Of a DNA stretch of 64,000 bases, positions 58,465-64,000 are shown piece after piece. This DNA is from Candidatus Poribacteria bacterium (GTDB lineage Bacteria > Poribacteria > WGA-4E > WGA-3G). Location of the stretch: the NCBI GenBank assembly GCA_965205015.1, contig OZ242029.1, positions 2,080,001-2,144,000 on the forward strand, in the 5' to 3' direction. The notes beneath the pieces were generated by a model. It saw only the letters and a program-made list of their open reading frames with translations. It ran no database searches and was not told where the DNA came from. A program made the translations under genes and the position numbers. Position 1 is the stretch's first letter. Each line of letters opens with the position of its first letter.

Positions 58465-61400
58465 ATGCGATACGATTCATCAACCTACACAGACCTGACA
58501 GATGAAGAACTCATTCAGCTTGTGCGAGATGGGGATGAGGCGGCGTTTGCCCAACTCGCAGCCCGGCACAGCTCCAGAATTTGGCAGCTGGTGGTTTTAA
58601 ACTCCCGTCAGATCCGCGATGCTGAAGAAATTTTTCAAGATATCTGGGTAGCCGTCTGGGAAAACATCGGCGGCTTACGCGAGGTCAGCAGTTTCGGTGC
58701 TTGGCTCAGGAAGATAGCTTACACCACCTGTAGGAGATATTACACCACCAACTCGCACACAAGGGGTGAAATCCTTCAAAGTGCTGAACAACTCGCTGAA
58801 ACCATCGATCGGGATGTGCTTGCCCGTTTTCGTGAAACCGAACTTCGATCGGCTGTAACAGAAGCCGTACATGACCTTCCAGAGAAGGTGCGCACTGTCG
58901 CAGTGCTGTACTACTTAGAGATGTGGACGATCAAAGAGATTGCAACCGAGCTGGGTTTGGCGGTTGGCACCGTCAAGACAAGACTCAGCCAAATTCGAGC
59001 ACTTCTGCGCGAGGAATTTGGCGTTGAAGAAATTAAGAGGGGAAGAACTATGGCGCATCAAAAAGAGGTATCCAGACCGTCACGGGACAAAACTAAGGTC
59101 TTCGGTGTCGGCAACGCAGGTGGCAACGTTGTCAAACAAATGATTGGATCCGGTTTAAAGGGCATTGAATTTTACGCTGTGAACACAGATTTAGCAGCAC
59201 TCCGCACGTGCGATGGGGCAACACAGGTACAAATCGGTGCTGAAACTACCCAAGGACTCAGTGGGGATGCAAACCCTGAAATCGGCAGGAGAGCCGCTGA
59301 AGAGGACCTGGAAACGCTCAACGCCGCCGTTGCAGACGCTCGTATGGTTTTTGTTACAGCGGGCATGGGGGGTGGAACGGGAACAGGTGCCGCTCCGTTA
59401 ATCGCATCCATCGCTCGAGAGCAGGGCATTTTAACGATAGGTGTTGCGACACTCCCACTTGATGCCGAGGGGCAACGCCGCGCTGAACACGCAGAACTGG
59501 GACTCCATGAACTCCGAGAAAGCACCGATGCCGTTATCGTGATCCCGAATCAGCGGCTTCTTGATACTGTGGATACAGAACCCGCGGCGAGCGACGTGTT
59601 CCGGATGAGCGATGAAACCGCGTTACTCGGCATTAAAAGCATCTCTGATATTATTATGGAGTCCGGCGAGATTACCATTGATTTCACCGATATAGAGGGT
59701 ATCATGAAGGATGCTGGCACGGTGTTGATGGGCATAGGGCAAGCATCCGGTGAAAACAGAGCGCGAGTCGCCATGGAAAACGCTATCGCCTCACCACTGC
59801 TGGACGGGAACAACATCGGGAGCGCAACTGGGCTGATTGTTAATATTAGTGCCACACCAGACTTTATAATGAATGAATTGGATACGGCGATGCGCGTTCT
59901 CCAAGACACAGCATTTGACGCACAGATTATCTTTGGACTCGTCTATAGAGACGACGATCCTGAACCTGCAGGCACGGTTTATGTCACTATCCTCGCCGCG
60001 GGAATTGAGGCACAAAGCGGACCTGCTGTCGCACCCTCCACCCAGCAGCGGGGGAGCTCTCCCGGAGGCGGCGCTCGCGTCTCGTCTACAACCACGTCCG
60101 AATTTGTTCATCTGCACAACCATAGCGAGTATAGCATGCTCGATGGTGCCTGCCGTATTCCAGATATGGTGGACTGGGCAGTTGAGAATAGTGTTCCTGC
60201 TGTCGCACTCACCGACCACGGAAACATGTTCGGCGCATGGGAACTATACAGCAAGGCAACAGAGGCAGGAGTCAACCCAATCATCGGTTGTGAGGTATAT
60301 ATCGCACAGGGGGGTCGACAGACGCGTGGGCAGGAGCAGGAAGATCCTTATCACCTCACGCTGCTCGCCGAAGATGCAACCGGTTACCGAAATCTCTTGG
60401 AATTGGTATCCCTTGGATACACAGAGGGCTTCAATCGCAAACCGCGCATCGACATGGAAATCTTACGTGAACACCGAGACGGGATTATCGCCCTAACGGG
60501 ATGTATCCAAGGACAGGTGCCACAGCTCCTGTGTGCAAATCGGCGCGACGAAGCGGTTCAGAGCTTCAAAACGTTGATGGAGATAATGGGGAATCAGAAC
60601 CTCTATGTTGAGCTGCAAAACCACTACATCGACCAGGAGCTCAAAGCGTATCCGGTGATGGTGCAGCTGGCAAACGAGTTCAATCTTCCGATCGTCGGCA
60701 CAAACGATTGCCACTACCTTCGCAAATCAGATCACGGGATGCACGACGTCCTCCTCTGTATCCAAGCGAAGAAGACTATCAACGATCAAGAGCGGCTCCG
60801 CTATGATAACCACTTCTACTTCAAAAGCGTTGATGAGATGCGAGAGGCACTGAAGGATTACCCGCCGGAGGCTATCAGTAACACGCTTGAAATTGCGAAT
60901 CGGTGCAACCTCGAACTCGACTATCAACAGGATCCGATGCCGAAATACGGGGTCCCCGAAGGACATACACACGATAGTTATCTGAAGGAATTGTGCTACC
61001 AAGGGTTACGTGAAAAATATGGTGAACTCTCCGAACCCATCCAACAACGGATCGATTACGAACTGGATGTCATTAGACAAGGAAACCATGCCAACTATTT
61101 TCTGATTGTGGCAGATTATGTCAACTACGCCCACAAACAAGGCTACCCGCTTTCCGCCCGCGGTTCTGCCGCCGGCAGTCTGGTGCTATACGCACTCGAT
61201 GTGATTGGTTTCAATCCGATGGATCACGGTTGTCTGTTTGAACGATTTTTAAACCGTGAACGTCTCAGTACTCCGGATATTGATATAGATTTCGCCGACC
61301 GCGCACGTGAACATGTAATTGCGTATCTCGCGAGGAAATACGGCGCGGATTCCGTCAGTAAAGTCGCTACCTTTGCGACATTGGGTGCGAAAGCCGCTAT

Positions 61401-62556
61401 CAAAGATGTCGGTCGCGCGCTTGACGTGTCTCTCGAAACTGTCGAAAAGTTGACAGGGCTCATTCCGAGTATTCCGTATATCACGCTTGATGAAGCCTTG
61501 GAACAGGTTCCCGAATTTCAGGCACTCGCTGAACTCCCCGAAAATACGGAGTTGATTGAGCTTAGTAAAGCAGTTGAAGGTATGAAACGACACGTTTCCA
61601 CTCACACCTCTGCAATTGTCGTTTCGGACGGTCCGTTGACGAATTACGTACCACTGTTCAAGGATAGACATGACCAAATCGCGACACAGTTTGAAGGGGA
61701 AACCGTCGAAGATGTCGGTATCGTCAAATTTGATTCCCTCGGCTTACGGAGTCTCACTGAAACGCACGATTGTCTTCAGATGATTGAAGCGAATCGCGGC
61801 GTCAAAATTAAACTGGAAGATATCCCTTTTGGCGATAAGGAAACCTATTCGCTGGTTAGCAAGGGACTCATCGCTGGTTTATTCCAGTTAGCAGCTTCCC
61901 CCGGCATGTATCGGGTTGTCACTGAGCTTAAACCTGACAACTTTGAGGAATTCTGCGCGATTATTGCCCTCTATCGACCAGGTCCTATAGAAAATGGGGA
62001 TATGCAGTGCTACATGGACCGCAAGAATGGGCGGCAGCCCGTGGAATATATACACCCCTCACTTGAGAGCACACTCAAAAGCACTTACGGTGTATGCCTC
62101 TATCAGGAGCAGGTGATGCAGATTGCTCACGATATGGCAGGCTTTACGCTCGCTGAAGCGGACATACTCCGCCACGCGATCGGCAGAAAAATGGATGGGA
62201 AAAATGAGGCGTTACTTACGGCACAGCGTGAGAAATTCGTTGAGGGCGCAATAGAAAAGGGTTTTGATAAAGAAGAGGCTGAAAGGGTATTCGAGTCGCT
62301 TGAACCTTCTGCACGTTATGCCTTTAACAAGGCGCATGCCGTCGCCTACTCAATGTTAGCGTATCGCATGGCTTATCTCAAAACGCACTATCCGCACGAA
62401 TTTATGGCGACAATGATGATGGGTGAGGCAGACGATTCAGCAAAAATTGCCTACTACCGAGAGGAGTGTGAAGAGCTCTCTAACTTCTTAGGTGTAAGGA
62501 TCGATCCGCTTCCGCTTGCCGCGCAATCCCACGACGCCGCTGGCGAGGTTTCCTAA
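58465..62556 (+). CDS. Fusion: ECF sigma factor (~58465-59022) + FtsZ GTPase domain (~59090-60010) + truncated DNA polymerase III alpha (~60097-62556)
   Basis: DAEEIFQD/FGAWL/GTVKTRL; GMGGGTGTGAAP, IPNQRL; HLHNHSEYSMLDG, PDIDIDF, KFDSLGL, YAFNKAH; no stop codon across junctions. Confidence 0.9.
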   Translation: MRYDSSTYTDLTDEELIQLVRDGDEAAFAQLAARHSSRIWQLVVLNSRQIRDAEEIFQDIWVAVWENIGGLREVSSFGAWLRKIAYTTCRRYYTTNSHTRGEILQSAEQLAETIDRDVLARFRETELRSAVTEAVHDLPEKVRTVAVLYYLEMWTIKEIATELGLAVGTVKTRLSQIRALLREEFGVEEIKRGRTMAHQKEVSRPSRDKTKVFGVGNAGGNVVKQMIGSGLKGIEFYAVNTDLAALRTCDGATQVQIGAETTQGLSGDANPEIGRRAAEEDLETLNAAVADARMVFVTAGMGGGTGTGAAPLIASIAREQGILTIGVATLPLDAEGQRRAEHAELGLHELRESTDAVIVIPNQRLLDTVDTEPAASDVFRMSDETALLGIKSISDIIMESGEITIDFTDIEGIMKDAGTVLMGIGQASGENRARVAMENAIASPLLDGNNIGSATGLIVNISATPDFIMNELDTAMRVLQDTAFDAQIIFGLVYRDDDPEPAGTVYVTILAAGIEAQSGPAVAPSTQQRGSSPGGGARVSSTTTSEFVHLHNHSEYSMLDGACRIPDMVDWAVENSVPAVALTDHGNMFGAWELYSKATEAGVNPIIGCEVYIAQGGRQTRGQEQEDPYHLTLLAEDATGYRNLLELVSLGYTEGFNRKPRIDMEILREHRDGIIALTGCIQGQVPQLLCANRRDEAVQSFKTLMEIMGNQNLYVELQNHYIDQELKAYPVMVQLANEFNLPIVGTNDCHYLRKSDHGMHDVLLCIQAKKTINDQERLRYDNHFYFKSVDEMREALKDYPPEAISNTLEIANRCNLELDYQQDPMPKYGVPEGHTHDSYLKELCYQGLREKYGELSEPIQQRIDYELDVIRQGNHANYFLIVADYVNYAHKQGYPLSARGSAAGSLVLYALDVIGFNPMDHGCLFERFLNRERLSTPDIDIDFADRAREHVIAYLARKYGADSVSKVATFATLGAKAAIKDVGRALDVSLETVEKLTGLIPSIPYITLDEALEQVPEFQALAELPENTELIELSKAVEGMKRHVSTHTSAIVVSDGPLTNYVPLFKDRHDQIATQFEGETVEDVGIVKFDSLGLRSLTETHDCLQMIEANRGVKIKLEDIPFGDKETYSLVSKGLIAGLFQLAASPGMYRVVTELKPDNFEEFCAIIALYRPGPIENGDMQCYMDRKNGRQPVEYIHPSLESTLKSTYGVCLYQEQVMQIAHDMAGFTLAEADILRHAIGRKMDGKNEALLTAQREKFVEGAIEKGFDKEEAERVFESLEPSARYAFNKAHAVAYSMLAYRMAYLKTHYPHEFMATMMMGEADDSAKIAYYREECEELSNFLGVRIDPLPLAAQSHDAAGEVS

Positions 62557-62563
62557 CCTCGCC
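62537..62563. repeat. REP hairpin; representative of about 10 dispersed GGCGAGGTT-N-AACCTCGCC copies
   Basis: Similar copies near 19660, 20476, 22807, 26084, 27326, 35088, 36846, 40452, 48236. Confidence 0.85.
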
Positions 62564-62601
62564 CTTAGGGGGTATAGGTAATTCTAAAATCTGCTATAAG
62601 A

Positions 62602-63963
62602 CTATTTCGCCAGATTTCGTGCCTTTTTGAACTTCTCTTTAGCGAATTGTCCCCAGTCCTTGATTTTTTCGTTGCGGACAGTCGGATCCTTCCAGTCGCT
62701 ACGTGCCAGGTGCATCGCTTCTTCTTCGGTGATTGGCATCTTCGTTAAAACCGCAATCGCTGCTTCGCGTTTCGCCGGGTCCTTACACTTCCGGATTGCC
62801 TTCCATGCGTTGACGAGATCTTTATGCGAATCAATAATTAAAACACCAAAGAGACCGTTGACAACATCCCATCGCTTACTGCCTTTATCTGGGTTGTATT
62901 GGAACGGGGTTCCCTCCATAGTGAATGGATTTGGGACGGTGCATCGCTCGCCTAATTTGTCATAAAGTGTTGGTAGTACACTTGCACGGTTTAAACCACC
63001 CTTCCATTGAGGTCCATCTGGATCAGTATCGCGGAGCATCCAGAGTTTCTGGGCATCTTCCGATAAAACGAATTCAAGGAACTTTTGTGCGACAGGCATG
63101 TTCGGTGCCCCTTTGAGGATTGCAATAGGATCCGCATTGATGACCGCGCCATCGGCGGGAACAACATATTTGATCTTATCCGCACCGACAACCGCAATTT
63201 GGCCGTAGGCATAAAAATCAATTGCGAGTCCATAAATGACCTGTCCGGCGACGACATCTGTCGGAATAGCGTTCGCACCAGCGGAGAAGCCGCGAACATT
63301 ACCTCCAAGTTTCGTCAGGAGTGCGAACCCTTCGTCCCATCCGAGCGTTTGAAGGATAATCTCATACACCATATGCGCCGAACCACTCTCTCTTGGGTCG
63401 GCGGCACCAATTTTACCGAGCAACGCCACATCACCCAAATCCCGCCATGTCGTGACTTTCGGAAAACTGAGCATTTCACGTAGCTCTTCATTGTACATGA
63501 TGCCGAAACTTGATAACGCCGCACCGTACCACTGATGTTTGGCATCGTAGAACGGGATACCTTGAAACGATTGCGTCATCTGTGCCAGTTGCGTCTCAGG
63601 GAGTTTGTAAGCGTTCAACCAACCGTTATTTGAAAGGCGGAGATAATTGTCAGTGCCACCCCCAAAGAAAATATCGACACCAATGCCATCTGGCACGCGC
63701 TTAAACTCCGATTCAATGAACCGATAGTTGGAAGAAGTGCCACCTACATCTCGCCAGTCAGTTTTGACAGTTCTACCCGTTTGTTCCTCATACCATTTCT
63801 CGAAATTATTTCCAAACTCCGTCTCAATTCCCTCTGGATGTGGCGAAATAATGATAAGTTCGTCCTGTGCAAACGAAATAGGCGGTAGTACCAAAAGACA
63901 GAATACAATCCCCCATGTCACAAGAGATACGCTGCAACATCTGAGGGGTTTTAAATAGGACAT
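62602..63963 (-). CDS. ABC transporter extracellular solute-binding protein (Fe3+/AfuA-like family)
   Basis: Signal peptide; IISPH, DIFFGGG, ADPRESGS, DPIAILKGAPN. Confidence 0.8.
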   Translation of the reverse strand: MSYLKPLRCCSVSLVTWGIVFCLLVLPPISFAQDELIIISPHPEGIETEFGNNFEKWYEEQTGRTVKTDWRDVGGTSSNYRFIESEFKRVPDGIGVDIFFGGGTDNYLRLSNNGWLNAYKLPETQLAQMTQSFQGIPFYDAKHQWYGAALSSFGIMYNEELREMLSFPKVTTWRDLGDVALLGKIGAADPRESGSAHMVYEIILQTLGWDEGFALLTKLGGNVRGFSAGANAIPTDVVAGQVIYGLAIDFYAYGQIAVVGADKIKYVVPADGAVINADPIAILKGAPNMPVAQKFLEFVLSEDAQKLWMLRDTDPDGPQWKGGLNRASVLPTLYDKLGERCTVPNPFTMEGTPFQYNPDKGSKRWDVVNGLFGVLIIDSHKDLVNAWKAIRKCKDPAKREAAIAVLTKMPITEEEAMHLARSDWKDPTVRNEKIKDWGQFAKEKFKKARNLAK

Positions 63964-64000
63964 ATTTTTCACGCTCCTTTTTGACACGGAGTAATACTGA

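Noticed and set aside
60097-62556. Split-intein DnaE or canonical dnaE
   Set aside because: Sequence reads through YAFNKAH with no intein motifs; no C-terminal half nearby

Overview
Bacterial chromosomal window, most likely Candidatus Poribacteria or a relative. This assignment is an inference from the LLANYPNPFNPETWIPY C-terminal domain, the AVDPxxKLxTTWGxLK tails, YWTD/NHL/FG-GAP repeat proteins and dense REP-like hairpins. The first ~18 kb is accessory. It holds stacked sigma70 promoters, an IS nested in a MITE nested in a secreted-protein pseudogene, two Rpn-family genes with near-identical N-termini, swapped C-termini and internal ribosome-binding sites, a 1470-aa secreted repeat protein, and a RAYT/TnpA gene abutting a 49-bp-period, two-spacer REP array. 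The rest is mostly housekeeping and metabolic: rpsU, hicAB, groES/EL, rimI, rnpA-yidD-yidC-jag-mnmE, pdxJ, gdhA, glnE, tatD and ABC components. Two features stand out. One is a single 1363-aa ORF fusing an ECF sigma factor, an FtsZ GTPase domain and a C-terminally truncated DNA polymerase III alpha (58465-62556). The other is a UxxC selenocysteine thioredoxin-TPR protein with a SECIS-like hairpin that the ORF track splits (43043-43957). I saw no tRNA, rRNA or true CRISPR-Cas. All family calls are by motif recognition, not database search.
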